A DNA stretch of 32,000 bases from Vibrio vulnificus CMCP6 (GTDB taxonomy: Bacteria > Pseudomonadota > Gammaproteobacteria > Enterobacterales > Vibrionaceae): assembly GCF_000039765.1 (NCBI RefSeq), contig NC_004459.3:2631127-2663126 (forward strand), read 5' to 3'. The notes beneath the pieces were generated by a model. The model made no database searches. It was not told the DNA's origin and was given only the letters and a program-made list of their open reading frames with translations. Positions within the stretch are counted from its first letter, which is position 1. Each line of letters begins with the position of its first letter. Positions 8,524 through 19,232 of this stretch are shown here, in pieces. Position numbers and translations under genes: made by a program.

Positions 8524-8550
8524 AAAAAGCGGCCACAGCCGCTTTTTCTT
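8524..8550. terminator. Bidirectional intrinsic terminator between convergent cobB and potD
   Basis: AAAAAGCGGC-CACA-GCCGCTTTTT, a 10-bp perfect stem with A and T tracts on both sides. Confidence 0.9.
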
Positions 8551-8564
8551 TTTAACCAATAAAA

Positions 8565-9602
8565 TTAGTTATTTACTTTGAGTTTTTGGAAGTACTCATC
8601 GTAAAGTACACTGGCTTCACCGACTTCGTCTTGCCACACACCATTATCCATCACAGATTGTGGAGGGAAGATGTTTTGATCTTCGGCAAACTCTTTAGGG
8701 AGCAGTTTGTAAGCGGTTTTCACAGGGGTTGGATAACCGATTTCCATCGCAATTTTTGCCGCATTTTCTGGGCGTAGAAGGAAGTCGATCATCTTGTGTG
8801 CGGCTTCAGTATTTTTCGCACCCGCTGGAATGGCTAAGCTATCCATCCAGAAAATTGCACCTTTCTCAGGCCAGATGATGTCAATTTTTGCACCTTCTTG
8901 ACGGGCCATGTACGCAGAGCCATTCCAAAGCATACCCAGTGAAACTTCACCCGCTAGATAGGGATTGGCAGGGAAATCTGAGTTGAACACCAATACATTC
9001 GGGATCAGTTTTTTCAGCTCTTCATACGCGGCTTTGATCTCGTCAGGGTTGGTTGTGTTTGGCGAGTAACCCAGCTTTGAAAGCGCGATGTGGAACACTT
9101 CACGTGCATCGTCCATCAACATCAATTGACCAGCCCACTGAGTATCCCAAAGATCTCCCCAGTTTTTTACTGAGCTCTTGTCCAGCATGTCAACATTGAT
9201 ACCAATACCAGTCGCCCCCCAAATGTATGGAATAGAGTAGTCATTACCTGGGTCAAATGGCTTGTCTAGATAGTTCGCGTCTAGTTCGGCAAAGTGAGAC
9301 AGCTTGGCTTTATCCACTTTTTGTAGCATTCCTTCTTTACGCATCTTAGAAACAAAATAAGTAGAAGGAACGACCAGATCATAGCCACTGCCTTGAGTCT
9401 TTAACTTTGCGTACATGCTCTCGTTAGACTCGTAGGTTGAATAGATGACTTTGATACCCGTTTCTTTAGTGAAATCTTCTAACACTTCACTTGGGATATA
9501 CTCAGACCAGTTGTAGAAATACAGTTCTTGATCTGCTGCAAATGAAGAAGTTGAAAAAAAAGTAGCAGCACACAATGCGCCGGTATACAGTGCTTTTTTC
9601 AT
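8565..9602 (-). CDS. potD: Polyamine (spermidine/putrescine-type) ABC transporter periplasmic substrate-binding protein; in the V. cholerae potD1 position
   Basis: KKALYTGALCAATFFSTSSFAAD signal peptide. ELYFYNWSEYIPSEVLEDFTKETGIKVIYSTYESNE and LMLMDDAREVFHIALSKLGYS. Track start 9617 is an upstream ATG; MKK start is more likely. Confidence 0.93.
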   Translation of the reverse strand: MKKALYTGALCAATFFSTSSFAADQELYFYNWSEYIPSEVLEDFTKETGIKVIYSTYESNESMYAKLKTQGSGYDLVVPSTYFVSKMRKEGMLQKVDKAKLSHFAELDANYLDKPFDPGNDYSIPYIWGATGIGINVDMLDKSSVKNWGDLWDTQWAGQLMLMDDAREVFHIALSKLGYSPNTTNPDEIKAAYEELKKLIPNVLVFNSDFPANPYLAGEVSLGMLWNGSAYMARQEGAKIDIIWPEKGAIFWMDSLAIPAGAKNTEAAHKMIDFLLRPENAAKIAMEIGYPTPVKTAYKLLPKEFAEDQNIFPPQSVMDNGVWQDEVGEASVLYDEYFQKLKVNN

Positions 9603-9703
9603 TACTGTTCCGCTCATATCAGCGTGCCCTAAAGGGCAGGTGGTTATATAAAAACTGACGATGAGGTATCGCCAGAAAAAACAGCCTCGGATTATATCAG
9701 CTA

Positions 9704-9735
9704 AGTAAAAAAATAGGCAGCTTTCCGCTGCCTAT
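9704..9735 (-). terminator. Intrinsic terminator between the two potD paralogs
   Basis: Plus strand AAAAAAATAGGCAGC-TTTCC-GCTGCCTAT, so the minus transcript reads a 9-bp stem followed by a U7 run. Confidence 0.85.
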
Positions 9736-9763
9736 ATGATGAGTAATGAAGCAATTGTGCTGA

Positions 9764-10795
9764 TTATTGGCCAGCTTTAAGCTTCATGAAGTAGTCTTCG
9801 TACTTCACTGTTTTGTCACCAACGGCGTCTTGCCACTCTACGCGGTCAAGATCTTCTTGTGACGGGAACAGTGGCGCAACATCTTTGAACTTCGCGTTTG
9901 ACTCAGCAACAGCGGTCAAGTAACCCGTGTCGTTAGAGATTTGCTCTGCAATTTCTGGACGAAGTAGGAAATCGATCATCTTGTGCGCCGCATCCACGTT
10001 TTTCGCACCAGAACTAATTGCAAAGTTATCTACCCAACCAATGCCGCCTTCTTTAGGGAAAACAAGCGTTAGAGGTAAACCTTCTTTTTGTGCTGCCGCC
10101 GCACTGCCGTTCCAAAGCATGCCAACGCCAACTTCGCCAGACATGTATGGTGCGCCTGGGTTGTCAGAGTTGAATACCAATACGTTTGGCATTAACTTTT
10201 GCAGTTCTGCGTACGCTTCATCGATTTGTTTTTCATCGGTGGTGTTACCCGAATAACCCAATTTGCGTAGCGCGATATGGAACACTTCACGAGTGTCGTC
10301 CATCAACATGACTTGGCCCTTAAGCTCAGGTTTCCATAGGTCTGCCCAGCTTTGGAAGTCATTTGGATCGTACATATCGGTGTTCACAGCAAGACCCGTG
10401 ATCGCAACAACGTGTGGGATAGAGTAGTCGTTGTTTGGATCGTAAGGTTTATCTAGATAGTTCTTATCTAAGTTTTTGAAGTTTGTTAGCTTCGATTTAT
10501 CAATCTTCTGCAACATACCTTCATCACGCATCTTAGATACGAAGTAGGTAGAAGGTACTACCAGATCATAGCCTTGGTTGTGCGTTTTCAACTTGGCGTA
10601 CAAGGTTTCGTTCGACTCGTAAGTCGAGTAAATCACCTTGATACCTGTTTCTTTCGTAAATTGCTCTAGGATATTACTGTTGATGTAAGGACCCCAGTTC
10701 ATAAATACCAATTCTTTATCTTCCGCTGCAACCGAACCAGAAAACAGTGAAAGCGCACATGCACTACCAGCTAATAAAGTAGCCCATTTTTTCAT
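9764..10795 (-). CDS. potD: Polyamine ABC transporter periplasmic substrate-binding protein, second paralog; in the V. cholerae potD2 position
   Basis: KELVFMNWGPYINSNILEQFTKETGIKVIYSTYESNE and VMLMDDTREVFHIALRKLGYSG. Strongly similar to the 8565..9602 product. Confidence 0.93.
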   Translation of the reverse strand: MKKWATLLAGSACALSLFSGSVAAEDKELVFMNWGPYINSNILEQFTKETGIKVIYSTYESNETLYAKLKTHNQGYDLVVPSTYFVSKMRDEGMLQKIDKSKLTNFKNLDKNYLDKPYDPNNDYSIPHVVAITGLAVNTDMYDPNDFQSWADLWKPELKGQVMLMDDTREVFHIALRKLGYSGNTTDEKQIDEAYAELQKLMPNVLVFNSDNPGAPYMSGEVGVGMLWNGSAAAAQKEGLPLTLVFPKEGGIGWVDNFAISSGAKNVDAAHKMIDFLLRPEIAEQISNDTGYLTAVAESNAKFKDVAPLFPSQEDLDRVEWQDAVGDKTVKYEDYFMKLKAGQ

Positions 10796-10837
10796 TTACG
10801 TTAGCTCCAAACCAAACGTTGCCCGAAGGCATTCCGA

Positions 10838-10872
10838 TAAAAAAACAGAATGGTGAATCACCATTCTGCTTC
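10838..10872 (-). terminator. Intrinsic terminator or attenuator between potC and the first potD
   Basis: CAGAATGGTGA-A-TCACCATTCTG perfect inverted repeat. Minus transcript continues into TTTTTTT. Confidence 0.85.
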
Positions 10873-10898
10873 GCGTTTAAACACAACCAGAAGGCGGT

Positions 10899-11669
10899 TT
10901 ATTTAACTTTTTCTCTCGCAAGGATTTGCGAGGTAATCACCAATACGAGTGACACGACCAGCATGACGGTTGCCAATGCGTTGACTTCTGGAGAGATACC
11001 CACTTTAACCATTGAGTAGATTTTCAGTGATAGAATCTCATAAGTCGGGCCCGTTACAAACGAGCTGATGATAACGTCATCTAAAGATAGGGTAAAACTC
11101 AGCAACCAACCAGCTGCAACCGCAGGTTTCGCCAATGGCAGAATAATTTGCTTTAGAATCACCCATTCGCTTGCACCAAGGTCTTTTGCTGCTTCAAGCA
11201 TTTTCACATCAAAACCGTTTAAGCGGCTATAAACCGTGACCACAACAAATGGCAAACAGAAGGTGATGTGCGCAACCAAAAGCGTAAAGAAACCCAATTG
11301 CGCACCCAGCACAAGAAACAGCGCCAATAGCGAAATAGCCATCACAATATCTGGAGACATCATTACGACAAACAGCATACCGTTGACTGCACTTTTGCCT
11401 TTGAACTGGTAGCGGAATAGGGCAACCGCCGTCAAACTGCCGATAATCGTTGCTGCAGTTGCTGAAAAAATCGCAACGTTAAACGAGTGCCATGCAGCTT
11501 GCATCAAGCTGTCGTTATTCACTAGCGCGTGATACCACTTGGTGGTGAATCCGCCCCATTTCATACCAAACTTGTTTTCGTTAAACGAGTTGGCGATCAA
11601 TACGATGATTGGTAAATACAGAAACGCATAAACCAACGTCATAAAGCTAAATCTAACTGTACGCCCCAT
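10899..11669 (-). CDS. potC: Spermidine/putrescine ABC transporter permease PotC
   Basis: Permease EAA-like loop [25 protein letters not shown]. Gene order potA-potB-potC-potD. Confidence 0.95.
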   Translation of the reverse strand: MGRTVRFSFMTLVYAFLYLPIIVLIANSFNENKFGMKWGGFTTKWYHALVNNDSLMQAAWHSFNVAIFSATAATIIGSLTAVALFRYQFKGKSAVNGMLFVVMMSPDIVMAISLLALFLVLGAQLGFFTLLVAHITFCLPFVVVTVYSRLNGFDVKMLEAAKDLGASEWVILKQIILPLAKPAVAAGWLLSFTLSLDDVIISSFVTGPTYEILSLKIYSMVKVGISPEVNALATVMLVVSLVLVITSQILAREKVK

Positions 11670-12526
11670 TAGTCCAGCTCCACTTTCTTATTCAACAATT
11701 TACCCGCGCGATAGTAGGCATAAAGCATAATCGCCATTGCGATGGTCAGCGCGATACTGGTCGCAGCCCCAAATGGCCAATCACGTGCATTGAGCACTTG
11801 GCTCTTAATGACGTTACCAATCAGCAAGTTTTTCGCACCGCCAAGCAAGTCTGAAATGTAGAACATGCCCAGAGCAGGGAGGAGAACTAACAAACAACCG
11901 CCGATAATGCCAGGCATTGTCAATGGCAGAATGACCTTTGTTAGCGTCTGGAACTTATTTGCACCTAGGTCTTTTGCCGCTTCGATATACGTGTCGTCCA
12001 GCTTTTCAATGGCTGAGTACAACGGCAAAATCATGAATGGCAGCAAAATGTACACTAAACCAATCATAACTGCGGTTTCGGTAAACATAATGCGCATAGG
12101 CGTATCAATAAGACCAATGCTCAATAGCGCTTTATTGAGAATGCCTTGCGTACCCAACACGATTTTTAGGCCGTAGGTACGGATCAGGGAGTTGGTCCAG
12201 AAAGGCACAATCACCAAAAACAGCATAAATGGACGCCATTTGTGTGGCATTTTCGCCACAATGTAAGCAAATGGGTAGCCCACAACCAAACAGATAAGGG
12301 TTGCCACAATCGCCATGTAGAAGGAGTGCAGCAACACTTTCACGTACAAAGGATCGAGCAAACGCGCGTAGTTATCCAATGTAAACGTCATTTCAATGAG
12401 GTTGGCTTCATCACGCGTCAGAAAACTGGTGCCAATGATCATCAGGTTTGGAATAAGAACAAAAAGAACCAACCAACCAACAATCAGCGTGATAATGGCG
12501 TTTTGAAGACTAAATTTCTTGCTCAT
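11669..12526 (-). CDS. potB: Spermidine/putrescine ABC transporter permease PotB
   Basis: [26 protein letters not shown] loop. Multi-TM permease overlapping potA and adjoining potC. Confidence 0.95.
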   Translation of the reverse strand: MSKKFSLQNAIITLIVGWLVLFVLIPNLMIIGTSFLTRDEANLIEMTFTLDNYARLLDPLYVKVLLHSFYMAIVATLICLVVGYPFAYIVAKMPHKWRPFMLFLVIVPFWTNSLIRTYGLKIVLGTQGILNKALLSIGLIDTPMRIMFTETAVMIGLVYILLPFMILPLYSAIEKLDDTYIEAAKDLGANKFQTLTKVILPLTMPGIIGGCLLVLLPALGMFYISDLLGGAKNLLIGNVIKSQVLNARDWPFGAATSIALTIAMAIMLYAYYRAGKLLNKKVELD

Positions 12527-13652
12527 CGCTTAGCACCACTTCCCAGCTTTCAACCCAAGTAATGGCGACTTTTTGTCCTAAAGAGTGGTCCACATCAGGA
12601 TCATCTTCGTTAAAGAACTCGCTTACCATTACACGCATGCCAGATTCCGTTTCAATAACAGAATCAAGAGTCATCCCTTTGTAAGTACGCTCGGTAACAT
12701 GACCGACAATACCTTTCTCTTCGGATTCTTTGATCTCTTCAATACGTAAGTCTTCTGGACGAAGTAGCACTTGCAGTTTCTGACCTTCCGTTACCGGTTG
12801 ATCGAAGTAAACCACTGAGTCGACGCCTTCAATCTCAGCACGAATACGGTTTTCATCAAGGCGTTCTTTGGCCGTTGCTTCAAACACGTTGATTTCGCCG
12901 ATAAAGCGCGCAACAAATAAGTTTTTCGGATCTTCGTAGATTTCACGAGGAGAGCCATCTTGCTCGATAACGCCTGAGCGCATGACGATAATGCGGTCTG
13001 ACATCGATAGTGCTTCTTCCTGATCGTGCGTCACGAAAATAAAGGTGATGCCAAGCTGTCGCTGTAGCTGCTTAAGCTCAATCTGCATTTGCTTACGTAA
13101 TTTGTAATCAAGCGCTGATAGGGATTCATCAAGTAATAGTACTTTTGGTTTGTTCACCACAGCACGCGCAATTGCAATACGCTGCTGTTGACCACCAGAA
13201 AGCTGATGAGGTTTACGCTGAGCCATGCTCTCTAGACGAACCATTTTAAGCGCGTCCATTACGCGAGGTTCGATTTCAGCAGCAGGGACCTTCTGCATGC
13301 GTAAGCCAAACGCAACATTATCAAACACAGTCATATGTGGGAACAATGCGTAACTTTGGAATACCGTGTTGACATGCCTTTGTTCTGCAGGAACGTTAGT
13401 GACATCCTGATTGTCGATCGTAATTTGGCCATTATCTGCAGTTTCAAAACCTGCGATCATGCGTAAAACGGTTGTTTTACCACAGCCAGAAGGACCTAGA
13501 ATCGTTAAAAATTCACCGTGATTAACGTCCAGGTTTAAATTACCGATGATTTCCTTACCATCGAAACTCTTACTGATACCAGATAAACGGATTACTGGTT
13601 GTCCTGCATTTTGTTTAGCGTTCAACGTCTGTATTTCTCCCACATTGGCCAA
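12510..13652 (-). CDS. potA: Spermidine/putrescine ABC transporter ATP-binding protein PotA
   Basis: Walker [10 protein letters not shown], signature [14 protein letters not shown], Walker B VLLLDE, plus C-terminal TOBE-like region. Confidence 0.96.
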   Translation of the reverse strand: MANVGEIQTLNAKQNAGQPVIRLSGISKSFDGKEIIGNLNLDVNHGEFLTILGPSGCGKTTVLRMIAGFETADNGQITIDNQDVTNVPAEQRHVNTVFQSYALFPHMTVFDNVAFGLRMQKVPAAEIEPRVMDALKMVRLESMAQRKPHQLSGGQQQRIAIARAVVNKPKVLLLDESLSALDYKLRKQMQIELKQLQRQLGITFIFVTHDQEEALSMSDRIIVMRSGVIEQDGSPREIYEDPKNLFVARFIGEINVFEATAKERLDENRIRAEIEGVDSVVYFDQPVTEGQKLQVLLRPEDLRIEEIKESEEKGIVGHVTERTYKGMTLDSVIETESGMRVMVSEFFNEDDPDVDHSLGQKVAITWVESWEVVLSDEQEI

Positions 13653-14014
13653 CTAACAAGTATGACCTGTAGTAATTCACAATAAGGCGCGCATGATAAT
13701 CACCAAAAGTGTGAATTCAAAGTATTTTCTCATCCCGAAACAGAAAAAGTTTTGTAGGTAAAAATGACGATTACTTACCATACTGTTATTAGGATTATTC
13801 GGCTTTCACAAGTAATTGAATGGAGACCAAAATATCCCGTTACAAACTAATCTGTCGCCTATAGATTTCAAGTGGTTAATTATCAATCAAAATGCGAATA
13901 AAGCAAGATATACATAGAGAAACAGAGTTTAGCTAAAGAGAGATTTCAGTATAATGAACGTCCTTCTATTAATGCAGATTTTACAGAGGATAAGTAAGTC
14001 AGCTTAGGATAACT

Positions 14015-14812
14015 ATGAAAAACGAATTCGAAAAAGAGATTAACATTGGCGGTACTATTGAAAGTGCGCTCTCTGGTCAATATGAGCTGAGTGCTGGAGC
14101 CGTTTTTAGTGAAGCTTGGAAGAAAACGATGTCGCATTTCTTCAGCTTTTCTCCAGCTATCGTGCTGTTACTCGCGCTACAGTTGCTGATTTTCTATATC
14201 GCACTTCAACTGCAACTTGGTGAGCCGAGTGTGATCCTTGATGCCATCGTCAATCCCGATTTACTGACTGAACAAATTGTTTCGGCTATTTATGTAGCAA
14301 ACTTCAGCTACGAAGTGATTAGCGCGCCGATTTTTGCCGGTGTCAGCTTGATGGCGATGAGCCATGCCGCAGGTTTACAGACGAAAACTCGCCACATCAG
14401 CAAAGGGCTTCAATACACGATTCCCGTTATTCTTGCCACCTTGTTCAGCTTGATGCTTCAAGGCTTACTGGGCATGATTTTTCCTTTGCTTTCACTTTAT
14501 CTTTCAATGGCGTTTAGTCACTCGATTCTGCTTATCTGCGAAAAGAATGTTCCACCAATGCAATCTCTGCTGCTTTCTTTACGTGCGATCAACCGTAAAA
14601 TTCTAGTCGTATCAGGTTTGTACCTGCTGGTGATGGTGATGTTTGCGGTAGCAACGATCTTTTATGGCATCGGGTTGATTTTTGTTTTGCCATTTTTCTT
14701 CCATCTCAAAGGTATTCTCTACCGCGAGATGTTTGGTATCCGTTTGAAAATAGTGGCTACCTCCGGTTCCGACGACAATAACGATAACAATTCACAGGTA
14801 TTTAATGCTTAA
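14015..14812 (+). CDS. Conserved integral membrane protein of unknown function
   Basis: 265 aa with several hydrophobic helices. Stop overlaps the start of the following glucosaminidase ORF. Confidence 0.75.
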   Translation: MKNEFEKEINIGGTIESALSGQYELSAGAVFSEAWKKTMSHFFSFSPAIVLLLALQLLIFYIALQLQLGEPSVILDAIVNPDLLTEQIVSAIYVANFSYEVISAPIFAGVSLMAMSHAAGLQTKTRHISKGLQYTIPVILATLFSLMLQGLLGMIFPLLSLYLSMAFSHSILLICEKNVPPMQSLLLSLRAINRKILVVSGLYLLVMVMFAVATIFYGIGLIFVLPFFFHLKGILYREMFGIRLKIVATSGSDDNNDNNSQVFNA

Positions 14813-15593
14813 CCCATCACAATCTACATTTTTAAAAGTGACCGCTGTTGCGGCTTTTGTTGCTTTCTCTGCTGTCGGTCCTTATGTGTTCTATCGAGAC
14901 CATCAACCTAAAGAACAAGTGCAAGCTATTGAGTCTTTACCTGACTTCGCTGCGATTCAAAGTGTCGCCGAGAAAAAAAGGGCCTTTTTCGACTATCTAA
15001 GACCTATGGTGGCACTGGAAAACCAACGCGTGCTTGAAGAGCGTTCTTTTCTAGAATCTTTGGATATAGCCAACTTATCGGAAAAGCAGAACGCTCGACT
15101 CGACAAGTTAGCCTCTCGTTACAATGTCACACTTTCAGCGGAAGAAGCTAATGAAGACTCTTTGAATGAATTGATGTTAAGAGTCAATGTGTTGCCAGAA
15201 GCGCTCGTCATGATTCAAGCCGCCAACGAGTCCGCTTGGGGAACTTCGCGCTTTGCTCGTCAAGCAAACAATCTCTTTGGCCAGTGGTGCTATACCCCAG
15301 GATGTGGTGTGGTTCCACTTGAACGTAATCAAGGTGCTTTCCACGAAGTGGCGAAGTTTTCTTCGGTTCAAGATTCGGTTCATGGCTATTTTATGAACGT
15401 TAATCGTAATCGTGCATACAGAGAGCTGCGTGAGATTCGCGCCACTCTTGATATGCAAGGTCGCGATCTACAAAGCGTCTCCGTGGCGACAGAACTGACG
15501 AATGGCCTGCTTTCCTATTCAGAGAGAGGGCAGGATTATGTTGATGATCTGCAAGCGATGATCCGCCACAATGCAGAATTTTGGACAAACTAA
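14805..15593 (+). CDS. Bax-like glucosaminidase domain protein (peptidoglycan hydrolase family)
   Basis: VLPEALVMIQAANESAWGTSRFARQANNLFGQWCY and SVQDSVHGYFMNVNRNRAYRELREIR match the glucosaminidase/Bax fold signature. N-terminal membrane anchor. Confidence 0.88.
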   Translation: MLNPSQSTFLKVTAVAAFVAFSAVGPYVFYRDHQPKEQVQAIESLPDFAAIQSVAEKKRAFFDYLRPMVALENQRVLEERSFLESLDIANLSEKQNARLDKLASRYNVTLSAEEANEDSLNELMLRVNVLPEALVMIQAANESAWGTSRFARQANNLFGQWCYTPGCGVVPLERNQGAFHEVAKFSSVQDSVHGYFMNVNRNRAYRELREIRATLDMQGRDLQSVSVATELTNGLLSYSERGQDYVDDLQAMIRHNAEFWTN

Positions 15594-15611
15594 AACAATA
15601 AGAGAAATAGA

Positions 15612-16274
15612 ATGAGAAAGATTGGCCTCACCTTACTCTGTACTGCCTTATCCTCTTTCGTGGTGACACCCGTCGCTGCGCAAGAATACATGTTTACCTA
15701 CTCAAAGCTCTTCTCTCAATTAAAAAACAATACCAAAGAGGGGCATGAAGACGTTAAGGTCGGCATTTTTTTCGTTAATCCTCAAACCAAACAGCTTTGT
15801 GATATTGAAAAAGCGTGGATGGAAAAGGAGGAGCATTACGAAGAATTTATGATTCCCGCATCAAAAGAGTTACCGCTGCCAATAGACAACAACCTCAAGT
15901 CAGCAAATCCACTGGTTTTTGTTCAGACACCGCAAGATATGCGCTGTGACTACTCGCTCGTTGTAATGACCAAGCAGCCATTACAAGGAAAAGTGACGTA
16001 TGCGCAGCTAGAGCCACTCATGCCACAGATGAAAACCATGTTGGATGATTTAGGCGGCATGTTTTCTAGCTGGTTTACGCCTGATGTAGAAGGGGTGACA
16101 ATGGAGTTCGCCGATCAATTAAACGACATGATTACCTTCTCCAATGGGCAGAAAAAAGCGATCATCAACGGTAAGGTACAAGTGGCACTTAGTGAGATAG
16201 GCGAAGCGGGCTATATGGTGTTACCACAGCCCACTATGCGCGTTTTGCCTTACTTACCTGCGGCAAAGAAATAA
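15612..16274 (+). CDS. Exported DUF2987-type protein
   Basis: Signal peptide MRKIGLTLLCTALSSFVVTPVAAQ, 220 aa. Pattern consistent with the gammaproteobacterial DUF2987 family. Confidence 0.7.
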   Translation: MRKIGLTLLCTALSSFVVTPVAAQEYMFTYSKLFSQLKNNTKEGHEDVKVGIFFVNPQTKQLCDIEKAWMEKEEHYEEFMIPASKELPLPIDNNLKSANPLVFVQTPQDMRCDYSLVVMTKQPLQGKVTYAQLEPLMPQMKTMLDDLGGMFSSWFTPDVEGVTMEFADQLNDMITFSNGQKKAIINGKVQVALSEIGEAGYMVLPQPTMRVLPYLPAAKK

Positions 16275-16300
16275 TGAGTTGAACACTCAAGTGATAAAAT

Positions 16301-16326
16301 AAAGGCTACCAACATGGTAGCCTTTA
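16301..16326. terminator. Intrinsic terminator between convergent genes
   Basis: AAAGGCTACC-AACAT-GGTAGCCTTT, a 10-bp perfect stem. Confidence 0.85.
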
Positions 16327-16343
16327 TTGTGTTTGTAAGCTGA

Positions 16344-17276
16344 TTAAATATTGGTCACATCTAGCTTTAAGCTTGGATCAAACTCTTGCACCATATCTTC
16401 ATCCTCGACGGTTGCAACAGGCATTTCTTCTTTGTCGAAACCGATATCACCACCGTTAATCACGCCTGAATCTTTGTTGATCGATTTAAAATCAAACAAC
16501 TCAAAATCCGCTAAATGGCTTGGCACCACATTCTGCATTGCACGGAACATTGTCTCAATACGACCTGGGAAACGCTTATCCCAGTCATTCAGCATCTGTT
16601 TGATATTTTGACGCTGCAAGTTTGGCTGAGAGCCACATAGGTTACATGGAATGATAGGGTAGCCAGCCATATCTGAATATTTGATGATGTCTTTCTCACG
16701 GCAGTATGCCAGTGGACGAATCACAACGTGTTCGCCATTATCTGAAACCAACTTAGGTGGCATGCCTTTCATTTTTCCACCGTAGAACATGTTTAGAAAT
16801 AAGGTTTCCAAAATGTCGTCGCGATGATGGCCTAGCGCAATTTTTGTTGCACCGAGTTCTTTGGCTGTGCGGTACAAAATACCACGACGTAGTCGAGAGC
16901 AAAGTGAACAGGTCGTTTTACCTTCAGGGATCTTATCTTGAACAATCGAGTAAGTATCTTCTTCTACGATCTTATATTCCACACCTAAGCTTTCTAGGTA
17001 TTCAGGCAGTACATGCGCTGGAAAGCCCGGCTGCTTTTGGTCTAGGTTAACAGCGACAAGAGAAAAGGAGATTGGGGCACTTTTTTGTAAGCTAATCAGG
17101 ATGTCCAACATGGTAAAGCTGTCTTTACCACCAGACAAACACACCATAATACGGTCACCGTCTTCGATCATGTTGAAGTCAGCAATCGCTTGGCCTGTAT
17201 TACGACGAATACGCTTTTGTAACTTGTTGAAGTTATATTGTTGAGCTTTAGTGCGCTCTTGAATTTGCTCTGTCAT
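16344..17276 (-). CDS. ttcA: tRNA 2-thiocytidine(32) synthetase TtcA
   Basis: PP-loop [23 protein letters not shown] and [18 protein letters not shown]. Confidence 0.96.
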   Translation of the reverse strand: MTEQIQERTKAQQYNFNKLQKRIRRNTGQAIADFNMIEDGDRIMVCLSGGKDSFTMLDILISLQKSAPISFSLVAVNLDQKQPGFPAHVLPEYLESLGVEYKIVEEDTYSIVQDKIPEGKTTCSLCSRLRRGILYRTAKELGATKIALGHHRDDILETLFLNMFYGGKMKGMPPKLVSDNGEHVVIRPLAYCREKDIIKYSDMAGYPIIPCNLCGSQPNLQRQNIKQMLNDWDKRFPGRIETMFRAMQNVVPSHLADFELFDFKSINKDSGVINGGDIGFDKEEMPVATVEDEDMVQEFDPSLKLDVTNI

Positions 17277-17353
17277 CGGCTGTTAGTCTTAAAACACATC
17301 AAAATAAATGAAGTGCGTATGATACGGATAAATTTCCAAGATGCCAGTACCGG

Positions 17354-17384
17354 ACAAAAAAATCCCGGGCTAATTACCCGGGAG
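17354..17384 (-). terminator. Intrinsic terminator downstream of uspE
   Basis: TCCCGGG-CTAATTA-CCCGGGA. Minus strand is followed by TTTTTTT. Confidence 0.85.
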
Positions 17385-17390
17385 TTTGAG

Positions 17391-18338
17391 TTATGAAGCC
17401 GTCGTTGGATCTAATGGACTCACGTAGCCTTTTGGTTTCAGCGCTAAAACGTCACAGTTGATTTTATCGATCACATGCTCGGCGGTGTTACCGATGAAGA
17501 CGGCAGAAAGGCCAGTACGCCCCGTGGTTCCAAGAATCACCATTGCTGCATTCAGCTTTTCGGCGGCAGAAGGAATGACATCCTCTGGTAAGCCTTGTTC
17601 TACAATAGTGTGTTCTTCATCAATACCATGCTGCTGTCTCAGTGCTTTCATGGCTGTTAGATGATGCCCACGAACAGCATCTGTATAGGTTGTCGGATCA
17701 AACTCTGGTAGCTCAATAGTAATATTGGCTGGCGTCACTGGGTACGCATTGACAAGGTACGCTTCCGCATCCAAACGGTTCGTGATCTCTTTTAGTCTTT
17801 CAACCATACTATTGTTCAATTCAAGGTGAGTTTCGTTTTCAGAACCAACGTGGACTGAAGCAAGAATATTGGCATGCTCAGGCCAATCCGCATTTTTGAT
17901 CAGCAACACAGGGATAGGGCACTTGCGTAATAAATGCCAATCAGTAGGTGTAAAGATAACCGACTCAAGAACGTCGTGTTTACGAGTTCCTTTAATCAAA
18001 ATGTCGTGGCCGCTGGCAAAGACCTCAGCAATGATTGCTTCATACGGACGATTATGCCAAATCACTTTAATTTCGAATTCTACGGAGTCATCGAGATAGG
18101 GCTCTGCAATTTTCTTCAACCACTGCTCACGTTGGTAAATCACACCCCGTCTCATCGCGTCACGCTCATCAATGGATAACATTGATGTCATGTCGTACGA
18201 GAAATCATAAATCGATAGAAAGAAGGTTATGTGACTTTTTGAAACGCTCTTCCTAGCAAGTTGAACTGCTCTTGCTAACGCAGGTTGCTCATCTTTATTG
18301 ATGTCTGCAACAACGAGGATTTTACTGTAAATACTCAT
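17391..18338 (-). CDS. uspE: Universal stress protein UspE (tandem Usp domains)
   Basis: 315 aa double-Usp protein (KILVVADINKDEQPALARAVQLA, VILGTTGRTGLSAVFIGNTAEHVIDKINCDVLALKPKGY) adjacent to fnr. Confidence 0.94.
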   Translation of the reverse strand: MSIYSKILVVADINKDEQPALARAVQLARKSVSKSHITFFLSIYDFSYDMTSMLSIDERDAMRRGVIYQREQWLKKIAEPYLDDSVEFEIKVIWHNRPYEAIIAEVFASGHDILIKGTRKHDVLESVIFTPTDWHLLRKCPIPVLLIKNADWPEHANILASVHVGSENETHLELNNSMVERLKEITNRLDAEAYLVNAYPVTPANITIELPEFDPTTYTDAVRGHHLTAMKALRQQHGIDEEHTIVEQGLPEDVIPSAAEKLNAAMVILGTTGRTGLSAVFIGNTAEHVIDKINCDVLALKPKGYVSPLDPTTAS

Positions 18339-18423
18339 ATCTCAGCCCACTTATGTTGTAGAACCATATGAATACTTTAGCGTAGAAAAGAGAGAAATAT
18401 TAGGACATTAGGAAGATAATGAA

Positions 18424-18458
18424 GAAAAACATGACGTAGCTCAGGGTTGAGCTACGTC
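18424..18458 (-). terminator. Intrinsic terminator downstream of fnr
   Basis: GACGTAGCTC-AGGGTT-GAGCTACGTC, a 10-bp perfect stem. Minus strand continues ATGTTTTTC. Confidence 0.75.
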
Positions 18459-18469
18459 GCAGTAGAGAT

Positions 18470-19216
18470 TTACTCTTTTGATACGCCAGCAAGTTCCATC
18501 AGTGCATCGTGGTCAAGAATCGTAATGTACTTACCTTTTACACTAAGAATCTCTGACTTCTGGAAACGGCCAAGAAGGCGGCTGATCGTTTCGACAGTAA
18601 GACCTAGGTAATTACCAATATCACCACGAGTCATGGTCAAACGAAACTCACGCGGACTAAAGCCACGTTGCGAGAAACGGGTAGATAGATTGTACAAAAA
18701 TGCGGCTAAACGCTCTTCTGCATTCTTCTTCGAAAGTAACAAAATCATTTCTTGGTCACCTTTGATTTCATTACTCATCAGGCGCATGATTTGTTGACGA
18801 AGCTTAGGCATCTTTCCTGAAAGGTCATCAAGAATTTCGTAAGGAATCTCACAAACCATTGAAGTTTCTAGTGCCTGAGCAAAACTAGGGTGGCTATCAC
18901 CTGTAATTGCATCAAAACCAACTAAATCTCCAGCCAAGTGGAAAGCCGTAATCTGCTCATCACCCTGCTCGGTAATTGTGTAGCTTTTAATCGTACCAGA
19001 ACGAATTGCGTAAAGAGATTTTAGATCATCACCGGCTTTGAATAACTCTTGGCCTTTTTGGATCGGCTTTTTACGTTCGATAATTTGATCGAGTTGATCC
19101 AATTCAGCTTCGTTTAATGTAAACGGAATACACAGTTGGCTGATACTACAATCTTGACAATGAATCGCACAACCACCTGATTGGATGCGCTTTGTCGCAG
19201 GTTTTTCAGAAATCAT
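18470..19216 (-). CDS. fnr: Fumarate/nitrate reduction transcriptional regulator Fnr
   Basis: N-terminal cysteines [15 protein letters not shown]-terminal [25 protein letters not shown] with the E..SR recognition helix. Confidence 0.96.
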   Translation of the reverse strand: MISEKPATKRIQSGGCAIHCQDCSISQLCIPFTLNEAELDQLDQIIERKKPIQKGQELFKAGDDLKSLYAIRSGTIKSYTITEQGDEQITAFHLAGDLVGFDAITGDSHPSFAQALETSMVCEIPYEILDDLSGKMPKLRQQIMRLMSNEIKGDQEMILLLSKKNAEERLAAFLYNLSTRFSQRGFSPREFRLTMTRGDIGNYLGLTVETISRLLGRFQKSEILSVKGKYITILDHDALMELAGVSKE

Positions 19217-19232
19217 AACAACCTTTCACTAT

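Noticed and set aside
9927-10256. 109-aa and 103-aa plus-strand ORFs inside potD and potB (9927..10256, 11865..12176)
   Set aside because: Antisense shadows of conserved transporter genes.
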